A stretch of 57,378 nucleotides of DNA, taken from positions 1-57,378 of the forward strand of contig JBOIBN010000004.1 in the NCBI GenBank assembly GCA_050739575.1, written 5' to 3'. How positions within the stretch are numbered: position 1 is the first letter of the stretch; the number at the start of each line of letters is the position of its first letter. Below the pieces are notes generated by a model. That model was given only the letters and a program-made list of their open reading frames with translations, was not told the origin of the DNA and ran no database searches. The stretch is from Gammaproteobacteria bacterium (GTDB lineage Bacteria > Pseudomonadota > Gammaproteobacteria > JAKDMP01). Position numbers and translations under genes: made by a program. This document shows, piece after piece, positions 31,170-42,504 of this stretch.

Positions 31170-32050
31170 TCATGCGCCGGCCGAAGGGCTGTAGCTCATC
31201 GCATCGGCCGATGCGCCGTTGTCGTCGCCGAGATCCATCGTGCTGCCAAGCTGATCGGTCACCGGATAGAGCACGCCGGCGTTGTTGCCGCCGGTGTCGA
31301 TGACGGTGAGATCGGCGAGCGCCAGCGTCCGGCGGATGCCTGTACTGCCGTTGAGGTCGATCAGCTCGGCCGCGCCCAGATAGAGCACCGTCTCGCTCTG
31401 CCCATAGGCGCTTACGTCCTTCTCGTAGCGCGCCTCATCGGGACCGTAGGCGAGGCTGACCGAGGTCGCGCCCTGGCTGATGGTGGTCGCCTTGCCGAAG
31501 GCCGCCCAGGTGAGCGTCTTGCCGTTGTCGTTGGTCATCTCCCCGTCGGCATCGTAGGTAAACGTGCTGCCGTCGCTGATCGAGGTCACCGCGTGCGGCC
31601 CGGCACCGTTCTCGCCGTAGGTGTAGGTCCCACGATCCGAGCGGGAAGTCAGGTTGCCGGCATCGTCGTAGCTGTAGGTGGTGGTGCCGCCTCCGCCGCT
31701 CACGGTCAGCACGCTCTTGATCAGGCGATTGAGATCGTCGTAGTGCTCGGTCTCGTCAGACCCATTGAGGACGTCGTCGCGCTCGGTGAGGTTGCCGTAG
31801 CCGTCGTAGCTATAGGTGTATTGGGCGAGCGTCTCACTGCCGTCGGTGGCGGCAAGGCTCTGCGCGAGCCCGGTCACCTGGCTGTAGCCGCGCACTATGG
31901 TGACGCCGTTGGCCTCGTCCACCTCCGTCGCATGGCCCCAAGCGTCCATCGCCGCTACGGTGCCATAGACCGTGCCGTCGCGATCCCGCCAAGGAGAATT
32001 CACCAAATTGTAGAAACCGTAATCCGCCGCAGTCTCCGTAGTGGTCCCCC
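31170..32050 (-). pseudogene. Decayed RHS/YD-repeat protein fragment (no credible start, truncated core)
   Basis: YD repeats YTYSYDGYGNLTER, YSYDDAGNLTSR and FTYDADGEMTND. It ends at VLYPVTDQLGSTMDLGDDNGASADAMSYSPSAGA, which resembles a degenerate YxHxDHLGS...YxPFG segment, and it lacks the PxxxxDPxGL end and any toxin tip. The upstream part of track ORF 31170..32477 is antisense to the lipoprotein gene and is not counted. The upper boundary near 32050 is approximate. Confidence 0.6.
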
Positions 32051-32120
32051 TTGTACATCGCGCCGGAAGGCGTATATTTGAGATGTGTCGTCTTGGGCTT
32101 TTGGGCCGGGAGTCGTCACG

Positions 32121-32663
32121 ATGCGGAAATTTGTCGTCATTGCGCTTGCACTCGCCACGGCCGCTTGCGCCCCGACGGCCAAGCAAGCCTTCGGTCCATT
32201 GCTTGTCCGTGCCCAGACACAGGGCTTGCCGGTGCTCGTCTATGCGTACGGCGTGCCGGGGCAAATCTCGGTCGCCGGGAGCAATAGTGCGGTGCCGGTT
32301 TACGTACAGTTCGTGGTCACCGCCGACAAGCCGATCCAACGGGTCCAATTCACCTTGGTCGGCTATTCGACGCGCGGCAATCTCGTGCGCGGCCAACAGG
32401 GTCTGGGCATCGCTGTCGTCCTGATCGGACCCGGTCCCTTCGACCCGACCAAGAACTACGAGGTCAATTCCTTCCACTCCAGCCCAGCCGGCTTTCCAGG
32501 CGGCGACGTAGCCTGCGTCGTGCTCGCAAAGATGGAAATTCTTTACGCCGACGGACGCAAGCAGAATTACGAAGCGGAAGCGCTAAACCCTCTCCTGCTG
32601 CCGGCGCTGCGCAAGGGCTGCGGCGATCAAGGACCACCGGTCAATTTCATGGCTGGCGGTTAG
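32121..32663 (+). CDS. Hypothetical lipoprotein
   Basis: MRKFVVIALALATAAC has a lipobox. About 180 aa from the internal ATG at 32121. I recognise no family. Confidence 0.6.
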   Translation: MRKFVVIALALATAACAPTAKQAFGPLLVRAQTQGLPVLVYAYGVPGQISVAGSNSAVPVYVQFVVTADKPIQRVQFTLVGYSTRGNLVRGQQGLGIAVVLIGPGPFDPTKNYEVNSFHSSPAGFPGGDVACVVLAKMEILYADGRKQNYEAEALNPLLLPALRKGCGDQGPPVNFMAGG

Positions 32664-32721
32664 TGAACACGCCATAATCGCCGGGGTCACTTGATCCCAG
32701 GGCGCCAAGGCGTTACCTTGA

Positions 32722-34728
<2,007 letters not shown>

Positions 34729-34791
34729 CGTCACCGGCGAATCCGGCGCAATTGACAGCCGGCGCACGCGCGCGCTAGCGTTTATTGCTTA

Positions 34792-35727
34792 ATGCCGCTG
34801 CTGTTGACAGACATCATGCCTTTTCCCGCTCCGCGCCTGACGCTCCTTGCAGCATTGCTCGCGGTGCTTGCCGCGGGCTGCGCTACGACCTCGACGGCAC
34901 CGTCCCGCCGCACGGCCGCCGCGAGCGGAGCCTTGCAGATCGACGGTCTCACCATCGACAAACTCCTGGCTAGCGACGAACTCAAGCGCATAGACCACGA
35001 CACACCCGAACAATATCGCGGCGACGTGATCAGCTCGGAAGCGTTGGGGAAAGTCGTTTACGCGCACGATAGCCTGGCGACCGCCGCGGGCGAACTGGTC
35101 GCGCCCGGCGGACGCTCGACCCTGGGCTATCCGGCCGCCGGCTGGATCACGGAGCGCACGCCGGAGGGGCTGCGCGTAATCTTCATCGTCAAACTGCAAC
35201 AGGGCCTCGGCATTGCGGCCGAGGTGAATCAGGCACCGGGATCCGGAAAGCCGCAGCTACACACTTTGTCGCCGCCCCGCGCACTCACGCCCACGGAAGA
35301 GGCTTTGTGGCAAGCGCGGCAACTCGCCTTCAACGCCCATTTCAAGCCCTGTGCCAAACACTACAATCCGGTAGTAATTCCAATCAGCGCGCAGGGCAAT
35401 GGCGCTTTCTATGTCTATCTGCTGCCGGTAAGCGCCGATCCCGGCCTTATTTTCCTGGGCGGCTATTACCGCATCACGGTAAACGCGGACGGCAGCCGCA
35501 TACTCGACACCCACGCCTTCACTCACGCCTGCGTCACACTGCACCGCAACCCGAAGGCCACGGGCGCAGGCGTCAGCGAACTGATGAGCCCCACGCCGAC
35601 TCCGCCCCAAGTTTATGCCAGCCTGCGCTACGGGCTGCCGGTCTATGTAGCGACCGCAACGAACTCGGTCGTCTGGAATGTCAAGGACGGGCGGATTTAC
35701 TACGTCCGCACAGTGAAACCGGATTGA
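34792..35727 (+). CDS. Hypothetical lipoprotein
   Basis: LTLLAALLAVLAAGC lipobox. 311 aa, or 303 aa from the second ATG at 34816. GC-rich codon usage. I recognise no family. Confidence 0.6.
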   Translation: MPLLLTDIMPFPAPRLTLLAALLAVLAAGCATTSTAPSRRTAAASGALQIDGLTIDKLLASDELKRIDHDTPEQYRGDVISSEALGKVVYAHDSLATAAGELVAPGGRSTLGYPAAGWITERTPEGLRVIFIVKLQQGLGIAAEVNQAPGSGKPQLHTLSPPRALTPTEEALWQARQLAFNAHFKPCAKHYNPVVIPISAQGNGAFYVYLLPVSADPGLIFLGGYYRITVNADGSRILDTHAFTHACVTLHRNPKATGAGVSELMSPTPTPPQVYASLRYGLPVYVATATNSVVWNVKDGRIYYVRTVKPD

Positions 35728-35754
35728 GGAACTTCTGATTTATTCAGAGGTTCC
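35728..35754 (+). terminator. Stem-loop immediately after the lipoprotein gene stop
   Basis: GGAACTTCTGA / TCAGAGGTTCC: an 11-bp stem with one G-T wobble and a 5-nt loop, with no U-tract. Confidence 0.4.
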
Positions 35755-35778
35755 GCGTGACGCAGGGACGCTCCGCAA

Positions 35779-35806
35779 CGAATCGAGTACGTAAGTACTC
35801 GATTCG
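35779..35806. repeat. Perfect 12-bp palindromic hairpin with a GTAA loop
   Basis: CGAATCGAGTAC-GTAA-GTACTCGATTCG, in the intergenic region between convergent genes. Confidence 0.7.
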
Positions 35807-35909
35807 GCGTAAGACGAGTCCGGACTTGCCGTCTCTGAAAAGTTCACGGATGAATTTTTCAGACTTTCTTAAAGGGGCTTCCGAATTCGTCGGTCGAATA
35901 CCGGCGGAT

Positions 35910-36251
35910 TCAGCCGCCGGTCACGGCGGCCGGGGGATAAATCCGCGGCGCAAGTCGCGGGTGGGTCACCACCGTATGCAGCAACAGGTCGCGCTCGAAA
36001 TAAACGATGAAATCCGGATAAACCCAGCGCGTAATCGGCGGCTTGTGCGGTCCCTGGGCGGTGGCGGGTACCGGTGCATCGGCGTGCTCGGGTTGACCAA
36101 AAATCTGGCGCACCTTCGCCATTGTCATCTCGGGCAACGGGTAGGGATAGGTGTTGACGCCGTTCGGCACGGCAGGACTGCTTCCGCTGCTCGCGGCAAG
36201 CGCGGGTGAGCCGGCCAGAAGCAGCAACATGACAGCACTTTGCAGAATCAT
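35910..36251 (-). CDS. Small secreted hypothetical protein
   Basis: 113 aa with signal peptide MILQSAVMLLLLAGSPALAASS and a Pro-rich mature part. Divergent from lolC. Confidence 0.5.
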   Translation of the reverse strand: MILQSAVMLLLLAGSPALAASSGSSPAVPNGVNTYPYPLPEMTMAKVRQIFGQPEHADAPVPATAQGPHKPPITRWVYPDFIVYFERDLLLHTVVTHPRLAPRIYPPAAVTGG

Positions 36252-36373
36252 TGAGTGCCCTCCGACGAACCGCCGAAGCGAACTATAGCACCGTCACGGA
36301 CGGAATGCGTAGCACGGGGACTCCCCCGGCTAGGGCGGCCGCCCTGTAGAATCGCGGCAGGTTCTCGACGTGC

Positions 36374-37627
36374 ATGGCGATGTTCCGCCCCCTCCCTCTG
36401 GCCATCGGGCTGCGTTATCTGCGGGTGCGCCGGCGCAGCCGCTTCGTCTCGGTCGTGGCGCTGGTTGCGGTGCTCGGCATCGCCCTCGGGGTGGGTGCTC
36501 TTATCGTGGTGCTCTCGGTTATGAACGGCATGCAGGATACGCTCACCGGCAACATCCTCGGCGTGACAGCGGATGTCACGGTGCGGAGCGTGAACGGCGA
36601 TGCCCTTCCGGACTTTCCGCGGCTGCAGCGCGAGGCAGGGAAAGAACGGGGCGTCGTCGCAACCGCACCTTACGCCGAACGCGAGGTCGTGCTCGGACGC
36701 GGCGATTCGCTCGGCGGTGCACTGCTGCAGGGCATAGATCCACAGGCCGAGGCGCGGGTCTCGACGCTCGGTGGACAGATGGTGATTGGTTCACTCGCGG
36801 CCTTGGCGCGCGAACCTTACGGAATAGTGCTCGGCCGCGACCTTGCCTTCGATCTCAACGTCGTTCCGGGCGACAAGGTCAGCGTCATCCTGCCGCACGG
36901 ACTGATGACGCCGGTCGGTTTCGTGCCGCGGCTGCGTCGCTTTACGGTCGTCGGCATCTTCTACGCCGGCAATCAGGAATACGACGGCGGCCTCGCGTTG
37001 ACCAGTCTTTCAGCCGCAGAAAGACTGTACGGAATCTCCGGACCAAACGGGCTGCGGCTGAAACTCGCCCGGCCCTTTCTCGCACCCCAAGTGGCTGAAA
37101 GGCTGCACGGAATCGTGCCGCATGGCGTTACGGTCAGCGACTGGGAATCCGAACATCAGAGCCTCTTCGACGCACTTGCCAATGAGCAGCGCATGATGTT
37201 CGTGCTGGTCGCACTTGCGGTACTCATCGCCGCTTTCAACGTGCTCGGCGTACTCACCGTGCTGGTGGCCGACAAGCGCACCGAGATCGCCGTGTTGGCC
37301 GGCCTCGGACTCGCGCCGCGCGGGATCCTCGCGGCGTTTCTCACGCTCGGCTCGACGATCGGCGCTATCGGCATACTGCTCGGTCTCGCTGGCGGACTCG
37401 CGATCGCATTTAACGTCAACGCACTCGTGAACGGGGTCGGACATCTGGTGGGCCATCCTTTGTTTTCCGCCGGCGCGGTCGCGCTCGCGGGGCTGCCTTC
37501 GCGGGTCGCGCCGGCCCAAGTCGTCGCAATCGTCTGTGTAGCAGTGGTGCTGGTGCTCGCGGCCGCCTGGGTGCCGGCACGGCGCGCAGCGCGCATGCGT
37601 CCGGTGGAGGCACTCGCCAATGGATGA
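36374..37627 (+). CDS. lolC: Lipoprotein-releasing ABC transporter permease LolC
   Basis: 417 aa with a MacB/FtsX-type topology: TM1, a large periplasmic domain, then three C-terminal TM segments. The N-terminus RYLRVRRRSRFVS is typical. It overlaps lolD by 8 nt. Confidence 0.88.
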   Translation: MAMFRPLPLAIGLRYLRVRRRSRFVSVVALVAVLGIALGVGALIVVLSVMNGMQDTLTGNILGVTADVTVRSVNGDALPDFPRLQREAGKERGVVATAPYAEREVVLGRGDSLGGALLQGIDPQAEARVSTLGGQMVIGSLAALAREPYGIVLGRDLAFDLNVVPGDKVSVILPHGLMTPVGFVPRLRRFTVVGIFYAGNQEYDGGLALTSLSAAERLYGISGPNGLRLKLARPFLAPQVAERLHGIVPHGVTVSDWESEHQSLFDALANEQRMMFVLVALAVLIAAFNVLGVLTVLVADKRTEIAVLAGLGLAPRGILAAFLTLGSTIGAIGILLGLAGGLAIAFNVNALVNGVGHLVGHPLFSAGAVALAGLPSRVAPAQVVAIVCVAVVLVLAAAWVPARRAARMRPVEALANG

Positions 37628-38348
37628 ACCGGTGCTCGACGCTCGCGGATTGGTCAAGCGTTATCGCCAGGGCGCGGACGATCTCACGGTGCTGCGCGGC
37701 ATTGATCTCACGCTCGGCGCCGGCGAGCGGATCGCCGTGTTGGGTGCGTCCGGGAGCGGCAAATCTACGTTACTGCACCTTCTGGCCGGTCTCGATCGGC
37801 CGAGCGCAGGAGAGGTAACGCTCGCCGGTGAACGGCTCGACCGGCTAGATGCCGCAGCTGCGGCGCGTCTGCGCAACCGTGCGCTCGGCTTCGTGTACCA
37901 GTTTCACCATTTGCTGATGGAATTTTCGGCGCTGGAAAACGTGGCCCTGCCGCTACTCATTGGAGGCGTGGGCTCGCGCCGGGCGCGCCGCGAGGCCGAG
38001 AATCTGCTCGCGCGGGTCGGCCTCGCCGAGCGCGGACATGCGCGTCCCTCGCGTCTCTCCGGCGGCGAACGCCAGCGCGTCGCCATCGCGCGCGCACTGG
38101 CGATGCACCCGCCGCTCGTACTGGCGGACGAGCCGACCGGCAATCTCGACGAGGCGACCGGCGGCGGAGTCTATGAGTTGATCCTCGAAATCAACCGCGA
38201 ATTCGGCACCGCATTCCTGATCGCCACGCATGACGCGCTCATTGCCCGCGGTGCTCAACGCGTGCTGCGACTCGAACACGGACGCCTGGTCGGCGCAGGC
38301 ACCGAGAATGCAACCGCAAAGAACGCGGAGCACACACAAGAAAATTAA
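37620..38348 (+). CDS. lolD: Lipoprotein-releasing ABC transporter ATP-binding protein LolD
   Basis: Walker A GASGSGKST, signature LSGGERQRVAIARAL, Walker B LVLADEPTGNLD. The last ~15 codons (TENATAKNAEHTQEN) run into lower-GC sequence. Confidence 0.92.
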   Translation: MDEPVLDARGLVKRYRQGADDLTVLRGIDLTLGAGERIAVLGASGSGKSTLLHLLAGLDRPSAGEVTLAGERLDRLDAAAAARLRNRALGFVYQFHHLLMEFSALENVALPLLIGGVGSRRARREAENLLARVGLAERGHARPSRLSGGERQRVAIARALAMHPPLVLADEPTGNLDEATGGGVYELILEINREFGTAFLIATHDALIARGAQRVLRLEHGRLVGAGTENATAKNAEHTQEN

Positions 38349-38543
38349 TGATTCAAACTTTTTGTTCTTTAACTTGGCATTATCCCCGCGATCTCTGCGC
38401 GCTCTGCGGTGAATTCGGAAATGCGAAAACGCAGGCGCAAAGCACGCCGAAATGCAAAGGCGCAAGCTAATGACGGGTAACAACCTCAAATCGAATACCC
38501 AGCCTCGGCTTTCCGCACTCCTCCCGAGTCCCGAGCGACCCGC

Positions 38544-39767
38544 GTGATTTTCAAACTGGCCTGGCGCCTGCTTTTCGCTCGCGGACGGCTCGCGACCCTG
38601 CTCGCAGGTGTCGCGGTGGGCGGCCTCGCACTCGGCGTGCTGGTGTTGACGACGGTGCTCGCGGTAATGAGCGGCTTCGAGTCGGTACTTTCGGAAAAAC
38701 TCGTCGCCCTCGGGGCGGAAGTTACGGTAACGCCGCCGCCCGCGGCCTCGAACTGGCAGGCGCTCGCGGTGCGACTTGAACGCGAACCCGGCGTCGTGGC
38801 GGGAGCGCCCGCCCTCACCGGCCAGGCACTGGTGCTCAACGGCGACCAACTCGCTCCCATCGTCGTGCGCGGTATCGTGGCCGGCGCCGAGGCCCAGGTC
38901 TCGGACCTCGGCGCCAATCTGGTCGCTGGGAAACTTGCTGCGCTGGCGCCCGGCAGTCATGGCCTGATCGTCGGCGAGGCCCTCGCCGAAAGCCTGAACC
39001 TGCATATTGGCGATTCACTCACCCTCCTCACGGCCCGGCCCGGAGGGGGCGGCTTCGGCTTCACACCCGCGCTCGCCGAATACCGGGTCCTCGGCATTTA
39101 TCGGCTGGGCATTTACAAGCTCGAGCAGGGACAGGCCTACACCGATCTCGCCGATGCTCGCAGCCTGTTCCCGAATGCCGGCGCCGCTTCAGTGGTACTG
39201 CGGCTTGCCCAGCCGCTCGCCGCACCGGCGCTCGCAAGCCGGCTGCGCGCACGCCTGGGACCCGATTATTCGGTATCGGACTGGACCCAGAGCCAGGCGG
39301 ATCTGTTTGCAACCATCGGACTCGAGAAGCGGATGCTCTTCGTCGTGCTTGCGGCAATCCTTGCCGTCGCCGCCTTTACGGTGGTGGCAACTCTGCTGGT
39401 ATCCGGCCTCGATCGAGAGCCCGAAATCGCTGTGCTCAAGACCCTGGGGTTCGCACCGCGCGGCATTGCCGCCGTGTTTCTTCTCCAGGGTCTGGTGCTC
39501 GGCGTGGTGGGCACGGGAATGGGGCTCGGACTGGGCGCCGCGCTCGCGCTCAACGTCAATCGTCTACTCGGGGCGCTGGATCATCTGTTCCATACCCAGC
39601 TCTTGCCGCCCTCGATCTATCTCATCAGCGAATTGCCGGCGCGCTTCCGCTGGCCCGAACTCGCAGCGACGACGGCTGTCGCGGTGATTCTGAGCCTCGT
39701 GGCCGCGGTGTACCCGGCGCTGCAGAGCGCCCGCCGCACGCCGGCGGACGCGCTTCGTTATGAGTAA
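38544..39767 (+). CDS. lolE: Lipoprotein-releasing ABC transporter permease LolE
   Basis: 407-aa paralogue of LolC with the same topology. GTG start. lolC-lolD-lolE order as in E. coli. Confidence 0.85.
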   Translation: MIFKLAWRLLFARGRLATLLAGVAVGGLALGVLVLTTVLAVMSGFESVLSEKLVALGAEVTVTPPPAASNWQALAVRLEREPGVVAGAPALTGQALVLNGDQLAPIVVRGIVAGAEAQVSDLGANLVAGKLAALAPGSHGLIVGEALAESLNLHIGDSLTLLTARPGGGGFGFTPALAEYRVLGIYRLGIYKLEQGQAYTDLADARSLFPNAGAASVVLRLAQPLAAPALASRLRARLGPDYSVSDWTQSQADLFATIGLEKRMLFVVLAAILAVAAFTVVATLLVSGLDREPEIAVLKTLGFAPRGIAAVFLLQGLVLGVVGTGMGLGLGAALALNVNRLLGALDHLFHTQLLPPSIYLISELPARFRWPELAATTAVAVILSLVAAVYPALQSARRTPADALRYE

Positions 39768-40117
39768 AGGCAGCGAACACGATGCCCCTTCATAAAAATG
39801 ACGAACTACTCAATCCCAAGGGTCGAAGTTCAACAAAATCGTAGATCGCCGTCACGCTGATTGGTTACTCAAGAAAACTGTTCAATCGCATTCTCGTTAT
39901 TTCCGGGCAGTGCCGCCCCGCGAAAGCACAGAGCGGAAATCCGGTAAGATCAGACAGTGGAATTTTCGGTCGCCTATCTCAGTCGGGGATAAGCTTCACG
40001 GGAATGACGGATAAATCCGGGTTTCGTTAAGAAAACCCTGAAACCGGAGGGAGGGCTCTGGTGTTGATGGAATTACGGCCTTTCGGGGTTCAACAACTCG
40101 CGCGCTCGGCCTGAGGC

Positions 40118-42418
40118 ATGGGGACTGCACGCGGGCGGTGGCCGGGGATGGTCTGGCTTGCCGCCGCCTGGCTCGCCGGCGGCGGTCTCGCGCTGACGGG
40201 AAGTTCGCTCGTACCCATTCCGATTCTGGCGCTCGCACTTGCAGGCGCGCTCGGTGCAAGCTTGTGGGATCGACGCTCGGCGATCCTGGTTGCAGGCCTG
40301 CTCGGCGCGTTATGGGTTACTCAGGATGCCGGAAACGCTCTTGCTTCCCGGCTGAGCCCGGCACTCGCAGGCCGCACGCTCGGCGTGAGCGGGCGGATTG
40401 CGGATCTGCCGCGGGTGGAATCGGGTCGCGTGCGCTTCACGCTCGCACCCGATGCAGCCAGTGACAAACGGGGCATTCCGATCGCTTATCCCACACGCAT
40501 CGCGCTCGCATGGTATCGGCCGCCGTCTCGCGTGCCGCGCGCAGGGGAACGTTGGCATTTTAAAGTGCATCTGCGCCGCCCGCGCAGTCACGCCAATCCC
40601 GGCGGTTTCGACTATGCGGCCTGGGCGCTTGCTCACGGAATCGGCGCAACCGGCTCCGTATATCGGGATCGCGCCGAACTCCTGGCCCCCGCGGGCCACG
40701 GATTGACGCCGCTGCGTGCGCGCATCGCCGAAGCCATCTACTCGACGCTTGGTGCAAATCCCTATGCGGGCCTGGTGGCGGGGCTTGCGGTCGGTGCGCG
40801 CGGCGGCATAAACACGTCTCAATGGCAAACGCTGCGCGCGACCGGCACGACGCACCTGCTGGCGATCTCGGGGCTGCATCTCGGCCTCATAGCGGCATTC
40901 GTTTTTCTCCTGGTCGGGTTTGCCGTGCGCCGCATCCCGCCTCTGGTGCGGCGCGTGCCTGCCCGCCTCCTCGCCGCCGGAGCGGCCGCACTCGCGGCCT
41001 TGGCCTACGCCGCACTCGCCGGCTTTAGTCTACCCACTCAGCGCGCGCTAATCATGCTCGCGGTGCCGCTCGCGGCGCTCGTCCTGCGCCGGCGCATCGG
41101 CGTCGGCACGGTACTTGCGCTGGCAGCCATTATCGTGACCCTGATTTCGCCTCTCGCCCTGCTTACCGCCAGCTTCTGGCTGTCTTTCGGCGCGGTCGCG
41201 GTCATTGCCTACGGACTGCGCACGGCCCGTGGCGGGCATCTTCTGGTGCGTACCCAGTTTACTGTCTCGCTCGGACTGGTGCCGCTGATCGCTGTCTATT
41301 TCGGAATGGTTTCGCTGATCGGACCCGTCGCCAATCTGCTGGCGATCCCGGTCGTGGGCTGGACGGTCGTATCGGCAGCCCTCACCGGTGCCCTGGCCAC
41401 CCTGCTGCACGCGGGCTGGGGAGCCCCGTTCTTCCACTTCGCGGCCGCCGTGTTGGCGTTGCTATGGCCCGCACTCGAATGGCTCGGAGGTCTTCCCTTC
41501 GCCACTCTGGCACTCGCACCGGTAAGCGGATTCGCGCTCGCTGCGGCGTTGGTCGGCGCAGCCTGTCTGCTCGCCCCGCGTGGATTGGGGCTGCGCCTGG
41601 CGGGGGTTGCGCTTTTCCTCCCGCTCTTCTGGCCCGCCGTGACGCCTCGGCCCGCGGCCGGGGACTTTCGGGTGACCGTGCTCGATGTCGGTCAGGGGCT
41701 TGCGACGGTGGTGGTGACCGCGCACCATACCCTGCTCGTGGATACCGGCCCGCGCGGCTGGGGCGACAACGATGCGGGAGGAGAAGAGGTCATCCCGTTT
41801 CTCCATGCACAGCGGCTTGGCCGGCCCGATCTCGTCGCGCTCTCACATCGCGATCTTGACCATGCCGGCGGCCTGCGTTCGATCAAACGCGCGTGGCCCG
41901 ATGTGCCGGTGCTTTCGAGTGCGGCCGACGCCGAGCATGTTTGCCGTGCCGGGGAACACTGGATGTGGGACGGCGTACGCTTCGCGGTGCTGGCGCCCGC
42001 GGCGAGCGCGGCGGGGAGCCGCAACAACCGCTCCTGCGTGCTCAAGGTGACGGGTGCGGGAGGCAGTGCGCTGTTCCCGGGCGACATCGAGCGCGAAGGG
42101 GAGCGCTGGCTGCTCGCACACTCGACACTCGCGCTCGCCGCCGACATCCTGATCGCCCCGCATCACGGCAGCAAGACCTCCTCCACACCCGCGTTCGTTC
42201 GCGCCGTGCATCCGCGCTTCGTGGTCTTCGCGATCGGTTATCGCAACCGCTACCATTTCCCCAACCCACCCGTAGTGGCACGTTATCGGGACGCAAATGC
42301 TGAGCTTCTCGATTCGGCCCACGACGGCGCGCTAAGCTTCTCCGTGACGCGGGGAAACGGAGTTCGGCTGACCAGGAGATACCGTCTCGAATACCGCCGG
42401 GCGTGGACGGATCCCTAG
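40118..42418 (+). CDS. comEC: DNA internalization-related competence protein ComEC/Rec2
   Basis: 766 aa with a polytopic competence domain plus a C-terminal metallo-beta-lactamase domain (HRDLDHAGG, HHGS). It precedes msbA, as ycaI does in E. coli. Confidence 0.9.
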   Translation: MGTARGRWPGMVWLAAAWLAGGGLALTGSSLVPIPILALALAGALGASLWDRRSAILVAGLLGALWVTQDAGNALASRLSPALAGRTLGVSGRIADLPRVESGRVRFTLAPDAASDKRGIPIAYPTRIALAWYRPPSRVPRAGERWHFKVHLRRPRSHANPGGFDYAAWALAHGIGATGSVYRDRAELLAPAGHGLTPLRARIAEAIYSTLGANPYAGLVAGLAVGARGGINTSQWQTLRATGTTHLLAISGLHLGLIAAFVFLLVGFAVRRIPPLVRRVPARLLAAGAAALAALAYAALAGFSLPTQRALIMLAVPLAALVLRRRIGVGTVLALAAIIVTLISPLALLTASFWLSFGAVAVIAYGLRTARGGHLLVRTQFTVSLGLVPLIAVYFGMVSLIGPVANLLAIPVVGWTVVSAALTGALATLLHAGWGAPFFHFAAAVLALLWPALEWLGGLPFATLALAPVSGFALAAALVGAACLLAPRGLGLRLAGVALFLPLFWPAVTPRPAAGDFRVTVLDVGQGLATVVVTAHHTLLVDTGPRGWGDNDAGGEEVIPFLHAQRLGRPDLVALSHRDLDHAGGLRSIKRAWPDVPVLSSAADAEHVCRAGEHWMWDGVRFAVLAPAASAAGSRNNRSCVLKVTGAGGSALFPGDIEREGERWLLAHSTLALAADILIAPHHGSKTSSTPAFVRAVHPRFVVFAIGYRNRYHFPNPPVVARYRDANAELLDSAHDGALSFSVTRGNGVRLTRRYRLEYRRAWTDP

Positions 42419-42504
42419 CGACTCTCATACTATGACCCTGTTTCGCCATGCGGATCGCGAATGGACGGGCTCCATTACCTCCCCGACGCACTGAAAGACG
42501 CCGA

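Noticed and set aside
31104-32477. 325-aa plus-strand ORF (31104-32081), and the N-terminal ~140 aa of the 435-aa minus-strand ORF (31170-32477)
   Set aside because: The plus ORF is antisense to the YD-repeat coding frame. The N-terminal part of the minus ORF is antisense to the lipoprotein gene (32121-32663) and has no RHS features. Only about 31170-32050 is retained as the RHS fragment.
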